From NCBI GenBank assembly GCA_963654815.1, contig CAVKCP010000001.1:11954-75953 (forward strand): a stretch of DNA of 64,000 bases, in the 5' to 3' direction. Below the pieces are notes generated by a model. The model worked only from the letters and a program-made list of their open reading frames with translations. It was not told where the DNA came from and did not search any database. Of this stretch, positions 19,038 through 27,833 are shown piece after piece (the stretch's first letter is position 1; every line of letters begins with the position of its first letter). The position numbers and the translations under genes were made by a program. This DNA is from Lachnospiraceae bacterium (GTDB lineage Bacteria; Bacteroidota; Bacteroidia; Bacteroidales; Bacteroidaceae).

Positions 19038-20738
19038 TTACCAACCTGCGTTTTGCTTGTAAGTGTTGCCTGAAAGCGAGATTTCACTGCTCGGTATCTG
19101 CCAGAAGCCGCGCTTTTCGCGTATGTTCTGCTCTTTGAACGAACCGGCAATAGTGGTCTTCTGCTTGTTGGTGTACACTTCCGATGGCGTTCCGCTTGCA
19201 AGTCCGTTGTCGTTGGCTTGTCCGGCTATTGCCTTTACAAAGGCATCGAGTCCCTGACGTCGCAGGTCGAAATAGCGGATAGCCTCTCCCATGAACTCTT
19301 TGTGGCGTTCCTGCCATATAAGTTCGCGTCCGGGTGCGGTAGCTACGTCATGGTCGTGGTTCTTGTAGGCACGCCACATCACCTCGTTGTAGTACTTCGT
19401 TGCATTCTGACTACCGAGTTCGGCCGCCATAAGCAGCACGTCGGAGTAGCGCATAAGAATCCAGTCCTGGTCTTGCGAAGTCATGAAATTGGCTCCCGTG
19501 ACATCGCTTTCAGCTACTGGCATAGATGTTCCGTCGGCAAAGCAAAGCGGTGCATATTTCTTGATTGCATAGCCCGTGAAGTCGGCCACATCGTTGCTTA
19601 TCTGCTGTGAATATGCAGTATTGCCGTTGTCGTCGACAAGGTTGCGAGTGTTTATTATTGTAGCTTCACCGCGAGTGTCGTCGCTGCTGAACAGAGAGTG
19701 GGCATACGGGGTGATGGGGCAGGCTCCCCAACCGAAGTTGTAAGGTGCAACGCTGAGGCTTGGCATGCCGATATTAATCACGAAACGGTTGCCGTTGTAG
19801 TTGTTGTTGCTCCAGTTCTGGTCGTTGTTGAATTTCACCACCCACAGTATTTCCTTCGAATCTTCCTTATAGGTGGTCTTGCGTCCCAGTTCCTTGGTTG
19901 ATTTCTGTGTGCTTGCTCCCGGCCAAAGGTCGGCAAAGTTGGTTTCAAGCGAGTAGAAACCCGACTTGATAACATTCTCGCAGTAGTTAAGTGCGTCGGC
20001 CTTTGTAAGTTCGCCGGGCATTGTTTTGCCTTGGTTGTCGTTGTAAACTCCGTCGTAGAAGAGATATACACGCGCCAACATTGCACCTGCTGCATAGCGG
20101 CTTATGCGTCCGAGTGTGGCACTGTTGTCGGTGAACTTGTTAGCCGGAATGTTGTCGGCAGCATATTTCAGGTCTTTAACAATCTGCTTATACACCTCGT
20201 CGGGGTTGGCCTGCGGCACTATGTCGCGTGTCGGGGTGGTGAGCAGAGGCACATTCTCAAACATGCGCACAAGGTCGAAGTAAGCCAAACCGCGTATTGC
20301 TCGTGCCTGTCCTTCTATCACTGCGCGGTCGTCGGCCGATGCCCAGCTTATGTTGTCGAGCGAACCGATGAGCAGATTGCAGTTGTATATGCACTTGTAA
20401 TAGTCAGTCCAGATGCCGCCGAAGATGTTGGTTTCGTCGTTCTTTATGGTGCAGTCCATGCGGTCGAGTAGTCGGTTGCTCATGTCGCCCGAACTTCCGC
20501 CGCCGAAGCAGTCGTCGCCCATGGTTTCGGCAGCCTGATAAAGTGTAGGCCACGAACCGTTTGACACGGTGCGTTGGTATTGGTCGTAGCAGCCGACAAC
20601 TGCCGATTCGGCCTGCGACTCGGTTTTATAGAAAACAGTGGTGTTGAGACTTGTCTTCGAAGTGGTGTCGAGGAAACTGTCGGTGCAAGCCGACAATGCC
20701 ACGGCAGCAAGTCCCATGATTATTATATTCGATTTCAT
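19038..20738 (-). CDS. susD: RagB/SusD family glycan-binding lipoprotein
   Basis: Lipobox LSAC; RGLAYFDLVRMF, MRYSDVLL and ERHKEF motifs; directly downstream of susC. Confidence 0.95.
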   Translation of the reverse strand: MKSNIIIMGLAAVALSACTDSFLDTTSKTSLNTTVFYKTESQAESAVVGCYDQYQRTVSNGSWPTLYQAAETMGDDCFGGGSSGDMSNRLLDRMDCTIKNDETNIFGGIWTDYYKCIYNCNLLIGSLDNISWASADDRAVIEGQARAIRGLAYFDLVRMFENVPLLTTPTRDIVPQANPDEVYKQIVKDLKYAADNIPANKFTDNSATLGRISRYAAGAMLARVYLFYDGVYNDNQGKTMPGELTKADALNYCENVIKSGFYSLETNFADLWPGASTQKSTKELGRKTTYKEDSKEILWVVKFNNDQNWSNNNYNGNRFVINIGMPSLSVAPYNFGWGACPITPYAHSLFSSDDTRGEATIINTRNLVDDNGNTAYSQQISNDVADFTGYAIKKYAPLCFADGTSMPVAESDVTGANFMTSQDQDWILMRYSDVLLMAAELGSQNATKYYNEVMWRAYKNHDHDVATAPGRELIWQERHKEFMGEAIRYFDLRRQGLDAFVKAIAGQANDNGLASGTPSEVYTNKQKTTIAGSFKEQNIREKRGFWQIPSSEISLSGNTYKQNAGW

Positions 20739-20756
20739 AGATATTCGTTTTTGGTT

Positions 20757-23700
20757 TTAGAATTTCAAGTTTACACCCACAATGAATGTGCGGCAGTGCG
20801 GATAAGTACCCGTGTCGATGCCCGACATCCAAGCCTGCTCGCCGAATCCCACTTCAGGATCCATACCGTCGTATGAAGTGAAAGTGTAGAGATTCTGTAC
20901 TTGGAAGTAGAGACGGGCCTGTGAAATGGCCTTCACTGCTATGAGTTTAGCGAAATCGTAGCCCACCGTGATGTTGGCAATGCGCAAATAGTCGCCGTTC
21001 TGCAAGTAGATGTCGGTGAAGTTTGTCCAGTTCTTGTCGTCGTTGGTGAGGCGCGGCAACTTGTTGCTTGTGCCCTCGCCATGCCATCGGTTGAGGAACG
21101 TTGTGGTGTAGTTGCTCTTGTAGCTGTTGCCCCAGTTGCGGTAGCCGCCGTTGGCCACCTTGAAGCCAGCCGCTCCCGAGAGCGTTGCCGAGAAGTCAAG
21201 CTGCTTGTAGTTGAACCCGAGGTTCAGTCCGAAATTGAATTTCGGGATGCCGTTTCCAAGGTCGGTCTTGTCGTTGTCGTCAATGGTTCCGTTTTTGTCA
21301 AGGTCTACAATCTTCAAGTCGCCCGGTGCCACGTTGGGCAAAGTGCCGTTGCCTGCTGCTTTCCAGTCGTCGATTTCCTTTTGGTTCTGGAACACTCCGG
21401 CTGTCTTGTAGCCCCAGAAGAAGCCCATGGCGTGGCCGTTTTGGCAACGGAAGAACTCGGGCTGGTTGTTATACATGATATTTGCGTTGGTTGAGTTGCT
21501 GCCATATCCGTGGATAATTCCACCCTCAGTAGGTATTTCGTTCACCTCGTTTTTGTTGTAAGCCATGTTGGCTGCCACGTGGTATTGGAAGTCGGCATTC
21601 ACATGGTCGTCCCATGTAAGTCCTACTTCAAAGCCCTGGTTTGTCACGTTGCCGCCGTTTATGTAAGGTGCTTTTGCACCTGCTGTGGCAAGTATCGGGG
21701 CTTGCACAATCCAGTCTTTTGTCTTTTTATAATACCAGTCAAAGTTAAGTCCTAGTCGTGAGTTGAGGAAACGTGCGTCGATACCGAGGTCGGTTTGCTC
21801 AGATGTTTCCCATTTCAGGTCGTCGTTGCCAAGACGGTCGGAGATAGCTCCGTTGGTGTTGAGCGTCGAACCCTTGCCAGTTCCGAAGTTATAGCCTGCT
21901 CCGTCGAGTGTGACGGTTGCTGCATAGAGGAACGCGTCGATGTTGTTGTTGCCCACCTGACCCCAGCTTGCGCGTATTTTCAGAAAGTCGAGCCATGAGC
22001 GTGTGTTCTCCATGAATTTCTCACCAGTCACTACCCATCCTGCAGAAACCGAGGGGAAGTAGCCCCATCGGTGGCTTTTTGCGAAGCGGGAGCTGCCGTC
22101 TGCACGCACGGTGAGGTTTGCCATGTATTTGTCTTCATAGTTCCAACCGATACGGCCGAAATAAGAAATTCTGCGATAGTCTTCTGCCGGGTAGCCCAAA
22201 GTCTCGCCGGTGTGTCCGTTGCGGTCGTTGCTTACATAAGCGGTGCTCCATTTGTCGTAGATTGAAAGCAACACGTTTTTGCCGCTGAGGTTGTCGCCCT
22301 GCGAGCGTTCCACCTCCATACCAACCATGGCATTGAATGCGTTCTCGCCCCACTTCCAGTCATACATGGCCGTGTTGGTCCATGTCAGTGTCCAGGCTTT
22401 ATACATGCTCTGGTCGACGGTTGACCCCGATGTGCGCTGATCGTTGGTTGTCGATACATAGTCGGGGTTGTAGGCGCGGTAGGCGTTTGAGTTGTGGTTG
22501 AAGCCAAGAAGCGTCTTTATGCGCAGTTTCTTAATAGGCTGCAGCTCGGCATAAACGTTTGCAATCCAGTTCTGTGCATCGGTGCGGTTGTTGCCTCGGT
22601 AGAGGTTGGCCACCGGGTTGCCGTCATACTGGTTCCAGTCGCTTGCTATTGAGTAGCTGTAGCCGTTGTTCAAGTCGGCGCGTCCGTCTTGCTGGAGCCA
22701 CACGGGCTGCAAAGGTGATGTTGAGTAGGCACCGCGCAGCTTGTTGTTATACATGTTGCCGGTGATGCCCGAACGGTTCTTTGTGTAAGAGAATGACAGG
22801 TTTTCGCCTATCTTCAAGATGTCGCCGTAAATTTTCTGCTCGAGATTTGATCGGAAATTGTAACGCTCATAGTTGGAAGCCTGCTTTCCGCCCACGATAC
22901 CGTCTTGGCCGTAGTAGCCCAGTGAAACAGCGTAGGTGCAAGTTTCGTTGCCTCCGTTCACGCCAAGCGAATAGTTCTGCACGGGAGCCGACGACTCAAA
23001 CATCTCGCTCATCCAGTCGGTGTCGTACACATTGCCGTTGGCATCGTGTATTGAAGCCATTGAGTTCCAGTCGTAGGCAGTGCCGCCCGAGTTTATGTTC
23101 TGCTCGTCCATCAGTTCCATATACTGCTTGGCATTGAGCATCTTCACCTTCTTGGCAACAGTTTGCCATCCGTAATAGCCGTCGAATGTCACCTGCGCAT
23201 GTCCCTTCTTGCCGCTTTTGGTGGTTACGATAACAACACCGTTGGCGGCTTGCGCACCGTAGATGGCGGCCGAAGCGGCATCTTTGAGCACGTCAATCGA
23301 CTCGATGTCCGACGGGTTTACCGTTGTTATGTCAAGTCCCGGTATTCCGTCAATCACATAAAGTGGTTTGTTGTTGGTGTTTGAACCTTGGCCACGGATG
23401 ATAACCTTCATGTCGGCACCCGGTTGTCCGCTTTCCGATATGATGTTCACGCCGGGAGTCTGGCCCTGCATGGCTTGCAGAGCGTTGCCGGTGTTGCGCT
23501 TTGCAAGGTCGTCGCCCTTGATTTGCACTGTGGCACCGGTCACGAGTTTCTTCTTCTGCACACCGTAACCTATAACTACTACATCGTTGAGCGAATGCGA
23601 CTCTTCCTGCAACGAAATGTCGAAAGACGCTCCGTGTACCTTCACTTTCTGCTGCACAAAACCGATGTACGACACGACAAGCGTTTCGCCATCCTCGGCA

Positions 23701-23939
23701 TCAATCGTGAAATTGCCGTCGATGTCGGTCACGGTGGCAACCTTGCGGCCCTGCACTTCAACCGATGCGCCGATGAGTGGCTCCTTGTCGGTTGCCGAAA
23801 TCACTTTTCCGTTTACGGGTTTTGCTTGCAGCTCACCCGATGACAGAACGTTCATTGCCGGAAACAGTAATAAAACCGTTAAGGCAATCTTGCATAAAAG
23901 CGCGTTTATGCTACCTTCCCTAATTTGAAATTTCCCCAT
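20757..23939 (-). CDS. susC: SusC/RagA TonB-dependent transporter
   Basis: VVIGYG, PLYVIDG, VLKDAASAAIYG and LKWETS motifs; terminal Phe. Confidence 0.97.
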   Translation of the reverse strand: MGKFQIREGSINALLCKIALTVLLLFPAMNVLSSGELQAKPVNGKVISATDKEPLIGASVEVQGRKVATVTDIDGNFTIDAEDGETLVVSYIGFVQQKVKVHGASFDISLQEESHSLNDVVVIGYGVQKKKLVTGATVQIKGDDLAKRNTGNALQAMQGQTPGVNIISESGQPGADMKVIIRGQGSNTNNKPLYVIDGIPGLDITTVNPSDIESIDVLKDAASAAIYGAQAANGVVIVTTKSGKKGHAQVTFDGYYGWQTVAKKVKMLNAKQYMELMDEQNINSGGTAYDWNSMASIHDANGNVYDTDWMSEMFESSAPVQNYSLGVNGGNETCTYAVSLGYYGQDGIVGGKQASNYERYNFRSNLEQKIYGDILKIGENLSFSYTKNRSGITGNMYNNKLRGAYSTSPLQPVWLQQDGRADLNNGYSYSIASDWNQYDGNPVANLYRGNNRTDAQNWIANVYAELQPIKKLRIKTLLGFNHNSNAYRAYNPDYVSTTNDQRTSGSTVDQSMYKAWTLTWTNTAMYDWKWGENAFNAMVGMEVERSQGDNLSGKNVLLSIYDKWSTAYVSNDRNGHTGETLGYPAEDYRRISYFGRIGWNYEDKYMANLTVRADGSSRFAKSHRWGYFPSVSAGWVVTGEKFMENTRSWLDFLKIRASWGQVGNNNIDAFLYAATVTLDGAGYNFGTGKGSTLNTNGAISDRLGNDDLKWETSEQTDLGIDARFLNSRLGLNFDWYYKKTKDWIVQAPILATAGAKAPYINGGNVTNQGFEVGLTWDDHVNADFQYHVAANMAYNKNEVNEIPTEGGIIHGYGSNSTNANIMYNNQPEFFRCQNGHAMGFFWGYKTAGVFQNQKEIDDWKAAGNGTLPNVAPGDLKIVDLDKNGTIDDNDKTDLGNGIPKFNFGLNLGFNYKQLDFSATLSGAAGFKVANGGYRNWGNSYKSNYTTTFLNRWHGEGTSNKLPRLTNDDKNWTNFTDIYLQNGDYLRIANITVGYDFAKLIAVKAISQARLYFQVQNLYTFTSYDGMDPEVGFGEQAWMSGIDTGTYPHCRTFIVGVNLKF

Positions 23940-24020
23940 AGTGGACGTTTTTAGTTTATTGTTTGAAGTTTAAAGTTGTTGTCTACGTTTGCTTGATTGG
24001 CATGAGTTAGGTTTCGGTTG

Positions 24021-24028
24021 CAAAGCTA
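24021..24028 (-). promoter_or_regulatory. -7 promoter element for susC
   Basis: TAGCTTTG followed by CA on the minus strand. Confidence 0.6.
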
Positions 24029-24240
24029 CAAACAAATGAAAAACATCGGTTGAAAATACATTTTATATAAATGTAGCTTTTGTTTCAAAAATATGTTTGT
24101 TTTGTATCGTGGTTTTATAATGTTTTGATTATCAATGTGATTTTATGTATTGATATGTTTCTTTTGTCTTGTTTTAAATTTTGTTTGTAATCGTTTTGTG
24201 CTTTGTCTGTCGCCAATCATGCCTGCATTGGCGAGGTGTT

Positions 24241-24306
24241 GCAAATGGAGCACGAGCGTGTTGCAAACGGTGCATGTGCGTGCTGCATAAGCCGCACGCG
24301 GTGGGG
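24241..24306. repeat. Degenerate 22-bp tandem array, copy 3
   Basis: gcaaatggagc acgagcgtgtt / gcaaacggtgc atgtgcgtgct / gcataagccgc acgcggtgggg. Confidence 0.75.
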
Positions 24307-24446
24307 AAGTGTTAAAAGTGTTGCCATGTGCTTGTAGTAAAATTGCTGCAAACACTTCTTTCGTTTCCGTTCAGAGCCTTCCGTGCTTTTAAACCGTGCA
24401 TAATGGCTATTGCATGGACACATGGATGTTTCTGCCGAAAATGTAG

Positions 24447-24454
24447 TAATTTTG
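24447..24454 (+). promoter_or_regulatory. -7 promoter element for hrpB
   Basis: TAATTTTG followed by CA, 40 bp upstream of the start. Confidence 0.6.
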
Positions 24455-24494
24455 CAGTTAGGAATATTACATCATATAATAAAGACACAAGACA

Positions 24495-27047
24495 ATGGCC
24501 GACAACAACACTTCATCAAACCGCAACATTCTCGGCAACCTTTTGAGTCAGTATGCCGCAATGCCAGCAGCATCGATAGCCCAACGCGTTAACGATGCCC
24601 TCGCCACAAACAACACGTTGGTGGTGACTGCACCTCCGGGAGCTGGAAAATCGACACTGCTTCCGCTCACTATGTTGTCGGGCATTGACGGTTGCGGAAA
24701 AATACTGATGCTCGAACCACGACGGCTTGCCGCAAGACAGGTGGCTTGCCGTATGGCCGAAATGCTGCACGAGCCTGTAGGCCGGAAGGTGGGTTATCGA
24801 GTGCGGTTTGACAGTTGCACGTCGGCCGACACGCGCATAGAAGTGCTCACCGAAGGCATACTCACGCGCATGATTGTTGACGATGCCACACTCGACGGCG
24901 TTGACATCGTGGTGTTCGACGAGTTTCATGAGCGCAGCATCAATTCTGATTTGGCACTCGCTCTCGCCCGACAGACACAGCGGCTCATACGTCCCGATCT
25001 GAAAATAGTGGTGATGTCGGCCACAATCGATACCGCCGACATCTGCAATGCTCTTGGTGCTCCGGCCATAGAAAGTGCCGGGCGGATGTTTGACGTGCAG
25101 ACCGTGTATGCCGAAACCGACTTGCAACGCACCGACACGGCACATGCCGTGGCTGTGGCCATAAGCCGTGCGCATGCCGAACACGAGGGCGACATACTTG
25201 CTTTTCTGCCGGGGCAAGGTGAAATAGAACGGTGTGCACAGCTGCTTTCCGACTCGCTTGCACCCACGGCAGTGATGCCGCTCTATGGAAATCTGCCGCC
25301 CGAAAAGCAACGGCAGGCCATAATGCCTTCGCGGCAAGGTTGCCGTAAGGTGGTTCTTGCCACTCCCGTGGCCGAAACCTCGATTACTATCGAGGGCGTG
25401 AGGGTAGTGGTTGACTCCGGGTTGTGCCGCAAACCGGTGTTCGACCCGCACACCTCGCTCAGCAGTCTTGCCACCGTAGGCATAAGCCGCGATATGGCGG
25501 CACAGCGCAGAGGCCGTGCCGGACGTGTGGCCGACGGCATTTGTTACCGACTTTGGACGCTCGCCACCGAGCACCGAATGGCAGAAAAACGCGTGCCGGA
25601 GATTTTGGAGGCCGACCTCGCCCCGATGCTTCTCGACATACTTGCCTTTGGTGAGACCGATATTTACAATTTGCCGTGGCTCACTCTGCCACCGAAAGCC
25701 AACGTGCAAAAGGCTCACAATCTGCTCGTGTCGCTCGGGGCTGTGGGCAACGACGGACGTATAACGGTTTTTGGCAAGCGTCTGGCTGCAATGCCGTGCC
25801 ATCCTCGTATTGCAAGGATGATACTTGAAGCTGATGACGGCGCGCTGAAATGTCTTGCTTGTGACATTGCTGCCTTGGTGGAGGAGAAAGACCCTATGGC
25901 CGACAACCCTGACTCCGACATGCTTCTGCGCATTGCTTCGTTGCGCACAGGGCGCATGCGCCGTTCGTTGGGGCGTTGGACGCGCATCGAACAAATTGCA
26001 CACGACTATCGCCGCATGGCACATGTCGAGGTTGACAACAGTGCGGTGTCGGCCTACGACATAGGTATGCTTGTGGCATACGCATGGCCTGAACGCGTGG
26101 CGCAGGCTTCAGACACTGCCGGACTCTACCGGCTGTCGGGTGGGGGCGACGTGCGTGTAGCCTCGGACGACTCGGCATCGGCCTACCAATGGATTGCCGT
26201 GGCTTCGCTCAATATGTCGGCCAACGGCGGACGTGTGTTTCTTTCTGCGCCGATAGACATTGGCGCACTCGTGGAATCGGGATCGCCGATAGTGGGCGAA
26301 TATGACAATGTGTCGTGGGACAGCAAGGCGGGGCGCGTGGTGCAACGCCATGAGTGGCGCATAGGGAGGCTCGTTGCCGACAGCAAACCCATACAGAATG
26401 CCGACAAAAACATGGTGGTGGCTATCGTGTGCGATGCCGTGAAGAAAAACGGGGTGAGTCTGCTTGAATGGAACGAGGCCGTGGAACGCTTGCAATGTCG
26501 TGTGGCCACGGTTGCTGAATGGCATCCCGAACTGGAAATCCCCGACCTCTCGACACAGAATCTGTTGGCTTCGGCCGATAGTTGGCTGCCGCTTTATCTG
26601 GAAAGCAATGGCCGTATGGCCACCGATGTGCAGGCCTTGAAGAAAATAAATATGGAAGAAATGGTGTGGAGCCTTGTGCCATACGACATGCAGCAAACCA
26701 TAAACCGGCTCGCGCCAACGCATATAAAAGTGCCTACGGGCAGCAACATACGCATAGACTACCGCAAGGGGGCATCGGCACCAGTCGTCAGCGTGCGCCT
26801 GCAGGAGTGTTTTGGTATGGAACAGACACCAAGTGTCGATGACGGGCGTTGCCGGTTGCTGCTCGAACTGCTGTCGCCGGGATTCAAACCGGTGCAGCTC
26901 ACGCAGGATTTGGAAAGCTTCTGGCACTCAACCTATTTTGAAGTGCGCAAGGAATTGAAACGCCGATACCCAAAACATTATTGGCCGGAGAACCCGCTGG
27001 AAGCCGAGGCCGTGAGAGGAACAAGGCGCAATGTGCGTGGGAAATGA
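24495..27047 (+). CDS. hrpB: ATP-dependent RNA helicase HrpB
   Basis: GAGKST, DEFH, MSAT and QRRGRAGR motifs; HrpB C-terminal VRLQE...ELKRRYPKHYWP. Confidence 0.96.
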   Translation: MADNNTSSNRNILGNLLSQYAAMPAASIAQRVNDALATNNTLVVTAPPGAGKSTLLPLTMLSGIDGCGKILMLEPRRLAARQVACRMAEMLHEPVGRKVGYRVRFDSCTSADTRIEVLTEGILTRMIVDDATLDGVDIVVFDEFHERSINSDLALALARQTQRLIRPDLKIVVMSATIDTADICNALGAPAIESAGRMFDVQTVYAETDLQRTDTAHAVAVAISRAHAEHEGDILAFLPGQGEIERCAQLLSDSLAPTAVMPLYGNLPPEKQRQAIMPSRQGCRKVVLATPVAETSITIEGVRVVVDSGLCRKPVFDPHTSLSSLATVGISRDMAAQRRGRAGRVADGICYRLWTLATEHRMAEKRVPEILEADLAPMLLDILAFGETDIYNLPWLTLPPKANVQKAHNLLVSLGAVGNDGRITVFGKRLAAMPCHPRIARMILEADDGALKCLACDIAALVEEKDPMADNPDSDMLLRIASLRTGRMRRSLGRWTRIEQIAHDYRRMAHVEVDNSAVSAYDIGMLVAYAWPERVAQASDTAGLYRLSGGGDVRVASDDSASAYQWIAVASLNMSANGGRVFLSAPIDIGALVESGSPIVGEYDNVSWDSKAGRVVQRHEWRIGRLVADSKPIQNADKNMVVAIVCDAVKKNGVSLLEWNEAVERLQCRVATVAEWHPELEIPDLSTQNLLASADSWLPLYLESNGRMATDVQALKKINMEEMVWSLVPYDMQQTINRLAPTHIKVPTGSNIRIDYRKGASAPVVSVRLQECFGMEQTPSVDDGRCRLLLELLSPGFKPVQLTQDLESFWHSTYFEVRKELKRRYPKHYWPENPLEAEAVRGTRRNVRGK

Positions 27048-27064
27048 AGGATATTTTTACTCTT

Positions 27065-27264
27065 TTAAGGTGGGTTCTATAAATTGGCTTTGTCAGATTG
27101 CGAGGCTGTTTTCGAGGACAATTTGTCTGCGAGTGAGGGAGTATAGCGGGCTATACGACTGAACGAGTAGACGGATTGGACCGAAAAGAGACCGCAAGAT
27201 GACAAAACGCAACCCGTTATATTAATTCTTGTTTTGCGGTGGGAATTTATAGAACCCACCTTAA
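27065..27264. mobile_element. MITE-like non-autonomous element, about 200 bp including flanking TTAA
   Basis: Perfect 21-bp inverted ends TTAAGGTGGGTTCTATAAATT (27065-27085) / AATTTATAGAACCCACCTTAA (27244-27264). TTAA (or TA) on both sides; no transposase; long internal hairpin; removing it restores a clean gene end. Confidence 0.85.
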
Positions 27265-27756
27265 TACCTTTGGCGTCCAGTTTTTAAGGAATCGGATCAC
27301 TTTTTCTTCGCTATATCCCTTGCCTTCTTCAAGGAAACTTGAGTCTTGGATGTGCATTATTTCGCCTTCACGGTTTAAAACTACAAACACGGGGAAGCCG
27401 AACCGCTGCGGATTGCCAAGGCGTTTAAGGAGAGTAGCGGCCTTTTGGGCTGCTTCGTCGCCTGCTGCTTTACGGGGATTGTAGTTGACGTGAATGTAGA
27501 CAAAGTTCTCGTTAACGACCCTGTTCACCGTTGTGTCTTTCTCAACGAAATCGGCAAAGCGCAGACACCACGGGCACCAGTTGCCGCCCAATTGGCAAAT
27601 TACAAACTTGTCTTCGGCTTTGGCCTTGGCTACAGCGTCGTCGATTTGTGCAATAGGGTCGATAGTTTCATCGTAAACCTTTTTCAATGTTCCTTGGGCA
27701 TTGGCTGTCAGTATGGCGAATGCCATGCCGACAAAAATAATAAAAAGTCGTTTCAT
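27247..27756 (-). CDS. Exported thioredoxin-family protein; last codons and stop supplied by the MITE end
   Basis: Signal peptide from MKRLF, WCPWC motif, GFP cis-Pro loop. Confidence 0.9.
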   Translation of the reverse strand: MKRLFIIFVGMAFAILTANAQGTLKKVYDETIDPIAQIDDAVAKAKAEDKFVICQLGGNWCPWCLRFADFVEKDTTVNRVVNENFVYIHVNYNPRKAAGDEAAQKAATLLKRLGNPQRFGFPVFVVLNREGEIMHIQDSSFLEEGKGYSEEKVIRFLKNWTPKVLRWVL

Positions 27757-27833
27757 GTATTTTGCTGATATGTTGTTTTGTGCAAATGCGGGTGTCTTTA
27801 CCGTTTCGTGAATGAAAAAATACTGTGGCACAC

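Noticed and set aside
24030..24200. HTCS binding-site direct repeats upstream of susC
   Set aside because: The region is very AT-rich and the similarity to the HTCS upstream region (AAAAA..ATGTT) is too weak to separate from chance.
27077..27259. 60-aa ORF inside the MITE-like element as a transposase fragment or toxin
   Set aside because: No recognisable motif or TM helix; the region is better explained by its inverted-repeat structure.
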